Assembly: GCA_951406725.2 (NCBI GenBank)
Contig: OX597822.1
Span: forward strand, 5,394,001 to 5,458,000
Direction: 5' to 3'
Origin: Octopus vulgaris
Lineage: Eukaryota
Length of the DNA: 64,000 nucleotides
Position numbers and translations under genes: made by a program. The notes under the pieces were generated by a model. That model saw nothing but the letters and a program-made list of their open reading frames with translations, searched no databases and was not told the DNA's origin. Shown in pieces: positions 1 through 12,358 of this stretch; position 1 is the stretch's first letter; each line of letters starts with the position of its first letter.

Positions 1-75
1 ATTAAAATCTCAAAACTATAAGAATGTGAATAATATGCATTACATTTGACAGTGATCTAAATGCTAAAGGATTAA
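1..75. mobile_element. Terminal part of a TTAA-type (piggyBac-like) MITE, family P2, cut by the window edge
   Basis: gcattacatttgacag...aatgctaaaggattaa matches the ends of the copies ending at 58688 and 60663 (aatgctaaagggttaa-type end). Confidence 0.6.
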
Positions 76-343
76 GACTAACTTCTCTTCCTCCAACAAG
101 TCATAAAATATCTAGTTTTCAGGTCCACCATTTTCAACTGAATTATTACCCACAAATGTAAGCATATGCATACATATATAGACTTTCACATAAATGTAGA
201 TGAAAATGCTGACTGAAAAATAAACTTTGATCCAGTGATACCAGTGCAATATCTAAATGTCATTTCATGCAGATGTGTAACGTTTGAAATTTATAGTGGA
301 AGGGGAAACTGCTTTGTCTCATTTCTTTAACGATACAAACCTG

Positions 344-881
344 AAATATTTCATAGTTTTCAAATACATGGAGCATTTTCCTTTTTTTTTTCTTTCTGTC
401 TGTTTCTCTCCCTCTCTCTCTCTTTTACTTTTGTGAAGGCTCCGCAGGTAGGTAGTAGCAGGTCTGAAGGAATATTTAATATAAGGGATATGGGTTCTTT
501 GTTTTGCTGCTTAAACAATCAAAACCAAGAACCCACATTCCCCATATTAAATATTCCTTCAGACCTGCTACAACCTACCTGCTGAGCCTTCACAAAAGTA
601 AAAGAGAGAGACAGAAAAAAGAAAAATGTCCCACGTATTTGGAAACTATGGAAATATTTTTTTTTAATATTTCATTTAATTTTTCCACAATTTAATTGTT
701 TGTCATGCTTTACTTAAGTTGAAAAGTTGCAAAGTCGGAAACCGGAACTAAAATGTTCTCATGATAAATATTTTAGTACCGGTTTCAGTCTTTGCAACTT
801 CTTCTGAAAAACAATTAAATTGTGGAAAAATGAAATGAAATGTTCTTTTAAAAATATTTCCATAGTTTTCAAATGCAATGG
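344..881. repeat. Two adjacent long imperfect palindromes sharing an arm segment
   Basis: 344-512 is the reverse complement of 513-659 (e.g. ttttgtgaaggctccgcaggtaggtagtagcaggtctgaaggaatatttaatat vs atattaaatattccttcagacctgctacaacctacctgctgagccttcacaaaa). About 636-761 is the reverse complement of 762-875 (aagttgcaaagtcggaaaccggaactaaaat vs attttagtaccggtttcagtctttgcaactt). Confidence 0.9.
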
Positions 882-1751
882 TTTGGTAGTATTGTCAGAA
901 TGTTAACCAGGATCATTAAATATCACATTAAATATGTTATTTCACTGATTCTTGAAAGGATAAAAGGCAAAGCTGACCTGGGCAAGATTTGATCTCAGTG
1001 TTGATAGTAAGAACAAATACAGTGAATCTTTTTGTTCAATGCTCTAATAACTCTGCCAATTTGCAGCTTTAAAAATAGGAGCTCATGTGGGACAAACATG
1101 AGATCACTAGAGACCACTCAAATATATTTTCCTTCACACATTCTCTGTGAAAGTTAAACTGATGGATTATTAGCTACAGAATTATGAATTGAAAGCCTGG
1201 TAATTATTGTGTGTTGTAGATAATAGCTTAATTAAAAAAAGATGCACTCCTACCACACCTTCTCCTACAGTATCCAATGAGCAATTATTTAAACAGTATT
1301 TAACTCTCTAAGAAAGATGCAATACGAAAACACCACCAAACCAGGACAAATAACAACAAATCTGCAACTTACTGTAAAAACTGCCAATGAAAATTAGTAA
1401 GACACATTACTTTTAAGATATGTTTGTGTAAAGTGTAACTATCCATGTAAAAGTCTCAGGTTTGGTGGGAAGAAACAATGAAATCTGCTAGACAATATCA
1501 TTAACAATTAAAGTTTAAACAGAATGTTAGTTCAACATATTCAAATCTCCCCTGATCTGATCACTGCTCAGAAAGTGACTGAGTCACTATTCTAGTATAT
1601 AAAGCTACTGACAGAAGTAAAATATTTGAATATTTGATGCAAATAGTAGTTCCCATTGCAAAAGGATCCGGTGAAGTAATTCAAATGAACAGATAAAAGC
1701 AAATGAAATCTCAGGTGTTGTATTGTCAAACACTCAGTAAAAATATTTGTA

Positions 1752-2124
1752 GGCGCAGGAGTGGCTGTGTGGTAAGTAGCTTGCTTACCAGCCACATGGT
1801 TCCGGGTTCAGTCCCACTGCGTGGCATCTTGGGCAACTGTCTCCTGCTATAGCCCCGGGCCGACCAATGCCTTGTGAGTGGATTTGGTAGACAGAAACTG
1901 AAAGAAGCCTGTCGTATATATGTATATATATATATGTGTGTATGTGTTTGTGTGTCTGTGTTTGTCCCCCTAGCATTGCTTGACAACTGATGCTGGTGTG
2001 TTTAGGGCCCCGTCGCTTAGCGGTTCGGCAAAAAGAGACCGATAGAATAAGTACTAAAAGGTGGTGCTCCAGCATGGCCGCAGTCAGGTGACTGAAACAA
2101 GTAAAAGAGTAAAAGAGTAAAGAG
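1752..2124 (+). mobile_element. tRNA-derived SINE family A, young near-full-length copy
   Basis: A-box-like tggctgtgtgg, B-box-like ggttcagtcc, CORE-like cttgggcaa, internal (AT/GT) microsatellite and (gtaaaaga)n tail. About 10 related copies in the window; CpGs still intact in this one. Confidence 0.9.
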
Positions 2125-2562
2125 TATTACTAACTGGAATACCTCCTACACTTTCTCCATTAACTGAATACATGAAACACATTCGTCCATTCGCACATCC
2201 TTTCTCTTTCTCTTTCTCTCTCAAAAGCACTGCAGGTAGCTGAATTATATGGAGTTGAGACTGTGGATGGAACTGAAAAATTATAAGTGATAATTATAAA
2301 ATGATGACGATTATGCTGATGACAACAGCAACACCACAACTACCTCCGCCGGTGATGATGACGACAATAAATAATAATTATAACTATTGATTGCTTTCAG
2401 AAAATAATTTCTTTTAGAAATAGTAGTAATAATAATTCTCTCCACAGCATATCACTTTGTAATTAAAGAAAACAAATGAAAGAACACAGTACAAAAATAG
2501 GTGAGATTATTTATATGACCCTTTCACTCTAGATAATAACAACAACAATAATAATAATAATA

Positions 2563-3020
2563 CATGGTATGGAGTAGGAGACCTGCAAAATCCGGTGGGA
2601 TTTCCTAATCCAAACAGATCATGTGCTAGAGCATAAGAAATCAGACCTAGTGGTGGTGGACAAGATGGACCATGTGTTATATAGTTGATGTTGCAGGAAG
2701 GAAGGTGAAAAAATAGATATATACAATTCTTTTAAATATGAAAAAGGCTATGAAATGTGAATAAGGTGAAGATAGTGCCAATTATTGTTGGGTCCTTGGG
2801 GACCATATTGGAAGGCATCAAAAAGAACATAAAAGAAATTGGAATAGAATGCTCTGTAGAACTGTTACAAAAGGTTGACCTCCTTGACGTGGCCAGAGTA
2901 GTGAAGTAAGTATTAGATAGTTGAAAAGAACAAACAGCATGGTACTGTAGGCTGCAGGCAGAAAGCCCTCTATGCATGCAAGACTTCAAGAGTTCCAACA
3001 AAACCTGAGTTAAAAAGAAC
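2563..3020 (+). mobile_element. 5'-truncated Dong/R4-clade non-LTR retrotransposon (restriction-like endonuclease C-terminus plus 3'UTR)
   Basis: Translates with frameshifts and stops as KIRWDFLIQTDHVLEHKKSDLVVVDK..CYIVDVA..KEGEKIDIY..KRL*NVNKVKIVPIIVGSLG..LLQKVDLLDVARVVK*VL, the R4/Dong PD..D RLE pattern. Flanked on both sides by (TAA)n. Confidence 0.8.
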
Positions 3021-3031
3021 AATAATAATAA

Positions 3032-3149
3032 TTTCTACTATAGGCACTACACCAGAAATATTTGGGAGGAGATCGGTCAATTACATTGACCCCAATGCTC
3101 AACTGGTACTTATTTCATTGACCTCGAAAGGATGAAAGGTAAAGTCAAA
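3032..3149 (-). mobile_element. SINE family B, partial
   Basis: Reverse complement of gactttgcctttcatcctttcggggtcgat...aagtaccagttgagca, shared with the plus-strand copies. Confidence 0.7.
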
Positions 3150-3177
3150 TATAATAATAATTATTAATATTATGATA

Positions 3178-3372
3178 CTGGTGAGCGAGCAGAGTCATTG
3201 GCTTGATAGCATTTTGTTTGACTTTATACATTCTGAGTTTAAATTCCACTGAGGTTGGCTTTGCCTATCATCCTTTTCGAATCAATAAAATAAATACCAG
3301 TTGAACACTGGGTCAATGTAATAGACTTATTCCCTCTTCTGAAATTGCTGGCCTTGCACCAAAATTTGAAAT
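3178..3372 (+). mobile_element. SINE family B, decayed copy with (ATT)n tail
   Basis: ttctgagtttaaattccactgaggttggctttgcctatcatcc...aaataccagttgaacactggg core, followed by (ATT)n. Confidence 0.75.
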
Positions 3373-4028
3373 CATCATCATTATTATTATTATTATTATT
3401 ACTATTATTATTATTATTATTATTAATATCATCATCATCATAGTAATTAAGTAACTAATTATTTCTCTCATCCATTACAAAATTATGTGTTGTATAAAAT
3501 ACTACCTGACTATTAGCTCAAATCTAATTAGGATATCTCATTCTTTTAGGCATTATGACCATGCTACATAACTCCATAATAATATACATGTTCCACAGAA
3601 AACATGCAATAAATATCTATGAGGAAATTTAGTACACCAGATTGCACAAGACATTTATTAGTACATGTGTTATAGTTATGGTAAACATACTCCACATCCC
3701 TGAATGTTGTAAGAGACAATTAAGTAAGATTACTATTGGGAAAATGAATCCAGCTATAAAAAATGGCTTCAAAAAGAAACCATGGTACCCAGATAGCTAA
3801 TTACATTTTAACAGGAAAACCAGCCTCAAAACATGTATTAGATAGATCTTTTCTAATTTGAGAGAAAAGTAATAAGCATGCAGTAGATGCAGTGACTGGC
3901 ATAATTCCTTTCAGAGAGTTGGTCAACAATTTTCACTCAGTTTGCTGACTACAAGAAATTCAATTCCTAACCACATCACTTTGGGTGCAATTGCAAAGAT
4001 TGACACCAGAGATAGCAGCCTTATGTAA

Positions 4029-4241
4029 ATCCTTAAACTAAAAGCCATGAGCCAAACAAAGCTTTGAGCTGAACAAAGCCTTGAGTGGATTTGGCAAATG
4101 GAAACTGAAAGAAGCCCAATTTATGTGTGCATGTCATCCTTAAACTAAAAGCCATGAGCCAAACAAAGCTTTGAGCTGAACAAAGCCTTGAGTGGATTTG
4201 GCAGATGGAAACTGAAAGAAGCCCAATTTATGTGTGCATGT
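4029..4241 (+). repeat. 107-bp tandem duplication inside a decayed family-A SINE
   Basis: atccttaaactaaaagccatgagcc...ttatgtgtgcatgt occurs at 4029-4134 and 4136-4241 with one mismatch. Confidence 0.9.
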
Positions 4242-4432
4242 TTTTTCTTCTTATTTTGACACCCATCAACATCAGAAAACATGTCCAGCTAAGGGGAAAT
4301 ATTACCTTGCTTAGAAACAGATGAGGGCTGATAAAAAGAGGGCATCCAGCAATGAAAAACCTGCCTCAATGAATTCCATTTACCATATGCAAGAATGGAC
4401 AATGATGATGATGTTGATGATGCCTATGTGTG

Positions 4433-4577
4433 CAGGGCTGTCTTAACAGCATTATAGGCTCTCAAACAAATCAATGCACTGCGTCATTACATAAACAACC
4501 ATAGCATTAGCCCCCCCACCCACCCACAGAGCCCCAGATAACAATGTCCAGTGTTACCATATCTTAAGGTAGTGCTG
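4433..4577. mobile_element. Possible decayed hAT-like MITE
   Basis: Imperfect TIRs cagggctgtcttaa ... ttaaggtagtgctg; no convincing 8-bp TSD. Confidence 0.35.
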
Positions 4578-5372
4578 TGTATTTTAATTAAATTTTTTGT
4601 TTTCTTTTTAGCATGAAGTGTAGTTATGTGAATGAAAAATTCAGAATCAATGCATTATAAAGCATTTCCTCATTCATAAAGCAAACGAACTTAGCTAACC
4701 AAACACTATATGGTAATTTTAGAAAATGTATTTTCAGAAACCAAAATATGAAAAAAAAAAAATGACAGTGATGATTATGGGAAGGTTGAAGATGGTGACG
4801 ATGAAGATGATGATAATCAAATAAAACAAAAAAACTATTTAAGAAGATTGACACTGGGTATAAAAGTAAAAAGCATATAAAATTCTCAAAAACAGAGCAC
4901 AAAATTTTTTCCCCTGCTTCTGAAGTTGACAAAAATAAAACTATGCAATAGAGAGAAATAGAATCCAAGAAGTGATCCTTATAAAACTGAGAGCTGGATT
5001 ATCTTAAAAATATCAGATTATATTTCTTCAGCAAAACTAACAATATTTTTTTTCCCCCAGTCATGTGGTTGATGCTGCTATTGTTGATGTTTATTTGCAG
5101 TAATTTCCTGAAAACTTTGGATTAGTTTGAATAGTTGACATGATGAAGCTCACTTACACTCAGAGAAAACAAGTCTAAAATAAGAAAGTAATATGTAACA
5201 TAGCAGCAATGGATTAGAGTTTGTAGGAGAATAAATATACAAAAGATATTATTTTTTTTTTAATACAGACAGAATGAAACTTAATACATTAAAGAATATC
5301 TCAATTTCAACTTTCTACACAGCTTCAAAATAATCTCACATACACACACATACATGCATGCATATGCACATG

Positions 5373-5374
<2 letters not shown>

Positions 5375-5437
<63 letters not shown>
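5375..5437. repeat. (CA)n microsatellite
   Basis: Direct read. Confidence 0.95.
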
Positions 5438-5439
<2 letters not shown>

Positions 5440-6517
5440 TCTCTCTCTCGATTGGTTTTCTGAAACCTAAGATGAGTAAAATTTCAATGGAGTAAATATA
5501 AATAAAAAAATAAAAATAAAATAAAAATAATGATTTCTTTATTTTCAATGACAGCATAACTATTGTTGCTGTTATTACAGCAACAGCAGCAGCAAAAACA
5601 AAAATGCATTAAAATTATAAAACTAACACATATAGACAAATATAGGCTGAGTAAACTTATGAATTGTTTCACTTAAATAACAAAGTTTATGATTTACACA
5701 AAACACACTCACTCACAGAAACCAAAACTGATAACTCCCCATTCATAAAAATAATAATTATGATATAATATACTGAGTGTATATATCTTATATGTCAAAA
5801 GTCATTAACAAGAGCTGTATTTAATCTCCATTCTTATTAATGTTTTGGCAATGAAACCTACAATTAAGTCAATGGACCTCCTTTTATAAGATACATAAAG
5901 AATAAGAGTCTTATTCAAAAATTCTGTAAAATCCTAACTGAATCTCAGCAGATAATGATAAAAAGAAAGTATACCTATACACATAATGGTAAAGAGATTG
6001 GCTCTGTCTCCTTGTTAACAGAAAAAATATGAATTGACATGTGTCTCTCCTTTGGGAGACAACCTGTGGATATTTCATAAAGACTGTCACACTGAGTAGG
6101 CATAGTTATGGGATTAACATAAAAATGCTCTTGTTTTATCGTGACTATAGTCTTCAAACATATAAGTGGGTAGCAAAACAGTGTTGTCTGCATGCCAGAC
6201 AATATTGTATTGGTCTCAAAAGACATATTCATGTCTTCTAAATAACAGAACTAGTTAACTCCCAGATTGTAGTTGTATCTACTCTATAAAAATATTATCA
6301 AAGCTTTTAAATTATAATTACCATTGTTTCCATTCTTTCACCATAAAATTGTTCGAATCAGATAAGAGAATATACAAGCTCAAAATACCGTGTTTTCACC
6401 AGATAATGGATGATTGTTCTCCCGCAGTCTGAGAAAGACAGTTCTGTAATTTCTTGCTGAGCAACCTGCACACATGATTTGTTTATAATGACCAAATTGA
6501 CAAGATGAAGGGATCAC

Positions 6518-6622
6518 AGAGCAATGAGAAATGAAGTGTTAGCTCAAGAACACAACACACTACCCAGGCTAGGAACTGAAACCACAATCTTGAAATCACA
6601 AGTACTGCATCCTAACCATGCA
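6518..6622 (-). mobile_element. SINE family C (CORE-like) head fragment
   Basis: gagcaatgagaaatgaagtgttagctcaagaacacaac...cctaacca matches 30195-30300. Confidence 0.65.
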
Positions 6623-7538
6623 CCATCACTAGATTGTAGTAGTAATTCAAAATGCACAAACATAACTGTATCATCATCATCATCATCATCATTATTATTA
6701 TTATTATTCAGGCAAATGACAATTCTGTGTTAGTTCACACTTTACCTCGTGTTATCCTTTCAAGATATTCCTGAGGCAATTTCACAAAGTACCAAATCCA
6801 TCATTATCTCAAAACTGTTTTACTCTCACTTTACTACCAGTTCATTATTAATGACTGCACTTCTTCCAGTACATTGCAAAATCTTCCTTACCTATCACAC
6901 CTCAAACAATATGACTATATTCCGTAGAATTTCCTCAATCAATACAGATCTCAACTTGGCACACATTTATAAACCACTTTGTTTTCAACTTCTGAAAAAT
7001 TCTCCTCCTTTACTCCATTTGTCTTATCACCATGTAAACAGTCATTGAGTGTAAAAATGTTTCTAATTATTAGAAGCCAACAAGATGACAGGTCTTGAGA
7101 CAGTATTCTTCAAGTTAGCTCCTTTCTATAACAAATTCTTCAGAACAAACTCACTGTAAACACACAAGAGTGTATTCCAAGCTGCTCACATCCAACCATG
7201 GATAACAGGCATTCGTGTACATTTTACCACAAGCTTTTTTTTTCTTCTTTGCCGTGTTCATAGTTTTCAAAAGCTGCATAAGCTCTCAATTGGTATTTAT
7301 GCTGTCATCCAAACTAATTGTTTGTTGCTATGCTATCTAACACACCTGAAAAGGATACAAAACTTACTAGCATAAAAAAAGTGACCATTTAACTTGTTCT
7401 TTCTGCATAATTCAGTTACAGAAAGAATAATACAGATGCATCTGTAGAACACTCTTTGGTTTGTTGTAACAATCAGCATAGAACATTTACAATATAAAGA
7501 GACCTAAATTTCTAAAAGTTCAATTTTACAACCTACTT

Positions 7539-8823
7539 TTGGGTCATCCCATAAATAATGTGTTTTTTTTAATACTTTCTTTATTTTTCAAAATTAAGAT
7601 AAAGTTCTTTTTAAATCTTAAATATACTCTCCTTCATTTTCTACAATACTCTTCCATATATCTGGTTGACTTGCAAGGCCCCTCTTCCAAAATCCACTTG
7701 TCTGTCACAAAAAATATTCTCCAGTACTGTTCAGACCTCATCTACAGAATTCATATTTTTCTGTCCAAATGATATTGAAGACTGCAAAATAAATGATAAT
7801 CAGATGGGACAATATCCAATGTATTTGATGGGTGGGGCATCGTTTCTCATTGACACTGCTCCAGCCTTTGGAATGTCATCTTTGCTGTATGTGGCCAAGC
7901 ATTATCCTGATGGAAGAACACCTTTCGTCTTGAAACCAAACATGGTAATTTTTCTTCTAGTACTGACTTAAGCCACTCAAGCTGCTTTCAGTAGATCTCC
8001 TTTGTTATTGTTTGGTTTGAGTTTAAAAGTTCAAAATGGACTAAACCTTTTATATCCCTCCAAACTGATAACAATACAATACGTGGGTGAAGACCTTCTT
8101 TAGCCTGGTGTGCTGGTGTTTCTCCTTTCCCTACCCTCTGTCTTCAGCACTTCACACTTTTAGAGAGGACTGATTTCTTGTCGCCAGTCACAATTCAGCC
8201 CCAAAAAGATTCATTTGTGAGACGTGACTGCCAAGAAGAGCACACATTCACTCTCTGTGAGTGATTCAACTCACAAAGTTTGTGAGGAATCCACTGACCC
8301 AATTTGTTAACTTTTCTGATGGCACACAGGTGTAAATGAGTGGTTGAATGACCAAATCCAAGCTTCTCTGCTAGTTTCTCAACAGTTACAATGGGAGTCT
8401 GTACCACCAAGGTTTGCAAGACGTCCTCATTGAGCTCTACAGATATACAGATCTTCTAGGATGAGGCTTGTCTTCTAGGCTGTAGTTTCTGGCTTGGAAT
8501 TTCTGGAACCACCGTTGACACTGGCTTATGTGTATTGTCCAATCTCCATATACTTCATTAATATTCCTCTCACTTTCCATTGTGTTGTTGCCTTTATTAA
8601 ACACATAAAGCAAAATATGTCGAATGTGTTCCTTTGTCACTTCCATTATAGCTTTGAAAAAAAAAAAACTTAAAATCGAACTGCAAACCTTCCACTAAGA
8701 ATAAAGGTAAGGTAAAATTACTACCTACCTTTATAGCAGGTTGATGCAGGTAGTTTATCCAATCTTCCTGCAACTTTTAGTTAATGCAATTGAAAAAAAT
8801 GCATTATTTATGGGATGACCCAA
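7539..8823 (-). mobile_element. Full-length decayed mariner (DD34D) DNA transposon, about 1.29 kb
   Basis: 22-bp TIRs ttgggtcatcccataaataatg (7539-7560) and cattatttatgggatgacccaa (8802-8823), followed by TA. Contains a transposase pseudogene. Confidence 0.92.
7612..8646 (-). pseudogene. Mariner (Mos1-like) transposase pseudogene
   Basis: MEVTKEHIRHILLYVF..QRWFQKF (HTH), WIPHKL, IVTGDKK, HQDNAWPH-(34 aa)-PSDYHLF and W..IVENEGEY motifs. Several stops and frameshifts. Confidence 0.9.
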
Positions 8824-8936
8824 TATTATTTTGGTTTGGCTCAGGTTCGGTCTTACAGCTGATAGGATTTATGTGGGTAGCAGGTTACTACCTGTTACCT
8901 TAGGTATCCACAAATTTTCAGCAGTCCTTCAAGTGC

Positions 8937-8971
<35 letters not shown>

Positions 8972-8975
8972 CATT

Positions 8976-9190
8976 AAGACAGAGAGCTGGTAGGATTGTT
9001 AGTACACCAGGCAAAATGCTTAGCAGCAATTCGTCTCTCTTTAGGTTCAGAGTTCAAATTCCACCACGGTCAACTTTGCCTTTCATCCTTTCAGGGTCAA
9101 TAAATTAAGTACCAGTCAAGTACAGGGATCGATGTGATCGAGTTATCCCCTCCCCACAAACTTCAGATCTTGTGCCTATAGTAGAAAGGA
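8976..9190 (+). mobile_element. SINE family B
   Basis: gagctggtagg..gttag..aaaatgcttagc..gagttcaaattcc..aactttgcctttcatcctttcagggtcaataaattaagtacc; (ATT)n on both sides. Confidence 0.85.
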
Positions 9191-9227
9191 TTATTATTAT
9201 TATTACTATCATTATTATTATTATCAA

Positions 9228-9433
9228 TGTGGTAAACTGGTAGAATCATTAGTGCATTGGACAAAACACTTAAACAGCCAGAAGAAATGCTGCAGAGTCC
9301 AAATCTAGTCACGGTCAACTTTGCTTTTCATCATTCCAGGGTTAATAAAATAGAGTACTAATCAACTATAGGAGTTGGTGCAATAGACTGACACCCTCTC
9401 CGCAAAGTTACTGGTCTTGTGCTAAAATCAAGA
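9228..9433 (+). mobile_element. SINE family B, more decayed tandem copy
   Basis: Same architecture as 8976-9190. Confidence 0.75.
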
Positions 9434-9462
9434 ATTATTATTACTATCATTATTATTATTAC

Positions 9463-10008
9463 TAATAAGTGAGAGAGCAGTGCATGCCATCAAAGTGACA
9501 CTGGGGTATAAATATAAGAAGCCTAGTATACTCATCATGACTACCTGTCTGATAAGGGTACACCAGGTACATGCATGACAACCATGTGTGTGGCATGGTG
9601 ATGTTATATCAAGATAAATGGCACATGACTTTGCAGGTGGGGGCCCAGTTAGAATTTTCTTCAGGCCCATCCCACTCAAAAGGTCCCTGAATAAAGGTTG
9701 TTTGAAGGCAATCAACGAAACATCAATGTTTCTAGGGGTGAATTATTCAAACCCCAATGAATTCCACTCAATACAGGCTATGATGTTCCCCCACTACTTC
9801 TGCTCGTGGTCATAGATGCACATATTGTCAACCACCAAAGGACATGCTCAACTGGCTAAGGTCAAACAACTGACAAAAACTGTGGTATTGAGCAGAATAT
9901 TTGTTGTAACCCATCTATTATACCAAGGCAAAAAATGTACATGGTAACAATTCCAATCAGTTAAGATGGGAAGCCATGAGAGCCAGAACCTGGTATTGCA
10001 TCACGGCA
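9463..10008. mobile_element. Unclassified interspersed element of about 545 bp embedded in (ATT)n
   Basis: Relatively GC-richer block sharply bounded by (ATT)n on both sides with no recognisable ORF. Only one copy in the window, so repeat status is inferred. Confidence 0.5.
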
Positions 10009-10598
10009 TTATTATCATTATTATTATTATCATCATCACATTTTTTTAAACCAATACAAATCATTCTCACTGTACTATATAAGCTTTTCTCATTGGTCAG
10101 TTAACTTCATCCTCTCTTTTAGGAATGGTCTTACATCCATTATTCTAAACCTAACTCATCTGTAATACTATTATACCACTTTACAATTATCCTACATGGA
10201 TTTTCTTCTTTGAATTTTTCTTTTACATCTTTTTTTCTGGAAGATATACGTCAATGGAAATATACTGAGTAGAGCTTTGAAATCCACATTTTCAATTGAA
10301 ACTGTCCAGATTACGTAAGTTATTGTTTGTACTGAAGTATAAATAGAAATAGCAAAAAGAAAATAGAAAATGAAGAAGAATGTAAGAAAAAAAAAATATC
10401 CTGTATTTCTTACTTTATAGAAATCTTTATGATACATTTCATTTTAGGATGAGTTATATTGAAAATGTGTTAGCACTGTCCTTTATTCCTCCTGCAGAGA
10501 AACTTTATCAATAAACGAAAATTGACAGTCAAACAGACAAACAAACTGACACAAGAAGCAAACAAGAATCAAAGAAAAATTTTAATGTATTTATTCAT

Positions 10599-10599
<1 letters not shown>

Positions 10600-10652
<53 letters not shown>
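10600..10652. repeat. (TAA)n microsatellite
   Basis: Direct read. Confidence 0.95.
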
Positions 10653-10654
<2 letters not shown>

Positions 10655-10827
10655 GATAAGTTATAAAGTTGAACTTTTGGAAATATAGGTCTCTTCATAT
10701 CGTACATTTTCTATGCTGATCATTACAACACAACGATTGTAACAGAGAAAAAATGCAGTAACTATATGATTATATGAATATAGACAGATACATAAATAAT
10801 AACAAATCAATTTTCTTTCCCACATTT

Positions 10828-10882
<55 letters not shown>

Positions 10883-11762
10883 AGAGAAAGAGATTCTGCA
10901 GAGTTGAAGAATTAACAATAATATTAATCAATACTGCATTGAATTGCGGCAGATACAAATATTGAATCTATCCTAAATTTAACCCTAAAGTTCAGAACAG
11001 CAATCATAACCTAAAGATAGCCATGTTAATAAAGCAGGATGTGTCAGTCAGCAAAAATAAAAGAAACAAATCCACACACGCACACACACACACACACAAA
11101 CGTATATAAATACATGGGAAGCAGAAACAAAAGCAATAACATATTACTATTAAACAGAAATTCATCCCGTATACAACCACCATCAAAATCACCATCAACA
11201 TCATTATTATCATCATCATCATCATCGTCATTATAATGTTATTGTTCTTTTCGAAATGTCTGCAATAGCTAAGAGCTATACTTGTTAAACTGCACAGCAG
11301 AGTGCATTAAATGAATGTATTCACTTTCTGACAATGGCATTTTTATGTATTTCTTTTGTGTATTGTTCTTATTTTTGCTTTTTGTGAGATTTTGTTTTTT
11401 TACTCCAGCAGCTAATTAGTTAGCTCCATTGCGTAATTGTTTAAAAGTTACCTTAGCTCAAGGGACTTCTTTATAAACTACAAACAAACAAACAAACAAA
11501 CAAGCCAGCAAACAGATAGGCATCATCATTATCAGCCTCATCATCTCTGTTGATGTTGTTGTTGCTGTTCTCGTGAATACTGATTTCAAGAATTGTGAGA
11601 CGATAAATAACATCAGTAATGTAAGTCTATAAGAAGCAGGTGATAGAATGGAGAGTTAGAGTAGGAGGCAGAGGAAGTACACAAAAGATGGAAGATGAGC
11701 ACTGATGGATACAAAACAAAAAAAAAGTAAACATAATGAAGAATGAATATAAAGATGTGTGT

Positions 11763-11810
<48 letters not shown>

Positions 11811-12358
11811 TTTTACTTTCATACACATAGATACACATCACATATCTGTGTATAGATTTACATATACATAGAAATACCTACACAAATGCATATACACACA
11901 TGCACACATACATACACACACACATATATATACACACATATTTATAGATACATACACATACACAATTTATACACACACACACACACACATACACATATAT
12001 ATATATACATGCATACATACAAATAAGCACACACACACACATTCATCCATGTGTATGTGAGTATGTAAACCCAAAGTTGTGAAAGAAGACTGAGATGATG
12101 GCAAAGACAAAAATGTATAGAAACGGTAATGATGATCAGAAAGTGATGACTATTGTGAAGGCAGCAATGGTGACAAAAATAAAAGACAATGATGGCAAGA
12201 AGAAAGACGATGAAAATTGCATAAAAGGAGACAATGGTTAAAAAAAAGAAAAAACAATGCTGAAGAATGTACAATGTAGAAGATATAAACAAGGAAAATT
12301 ATATCAAAGAAGGCAATATTTGAGAATCAAAATAAGGAAGGGGATTATTATGGTATAG

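Noticed and set aside
1574-1588. agtgactgagtcact palindrome containing an AP-1 site
   Set aside because: Short enough to occur by chance; no supporting context.
1752-1830. tRNA-like A and B boxes at SINE heads (also about 30230-30313)
   Set aside because: Parts of SINEs; no complete cloverleaf or acceptor stem, so not tRNA genes.
5805-7345. Apparent four-exon minus-strand pseudogene (7345-7155, 6465-6389, 6237-5975, 5857-5805) including an ankyrin-like DCGRTIIHYLVK
   Set aside because: The joined frame has 8 stops in about 190 codons, close to random for this composition. Any stop can be rationalised as C-to-T, phase agreement is automatic once segments are joined, and no family is recognised.
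9988-10000. acctggtattgca resembles a segment of U2 snRNA as I recall it
   Set aside because: Only 13 nt, with no other U2 sequence nearby.
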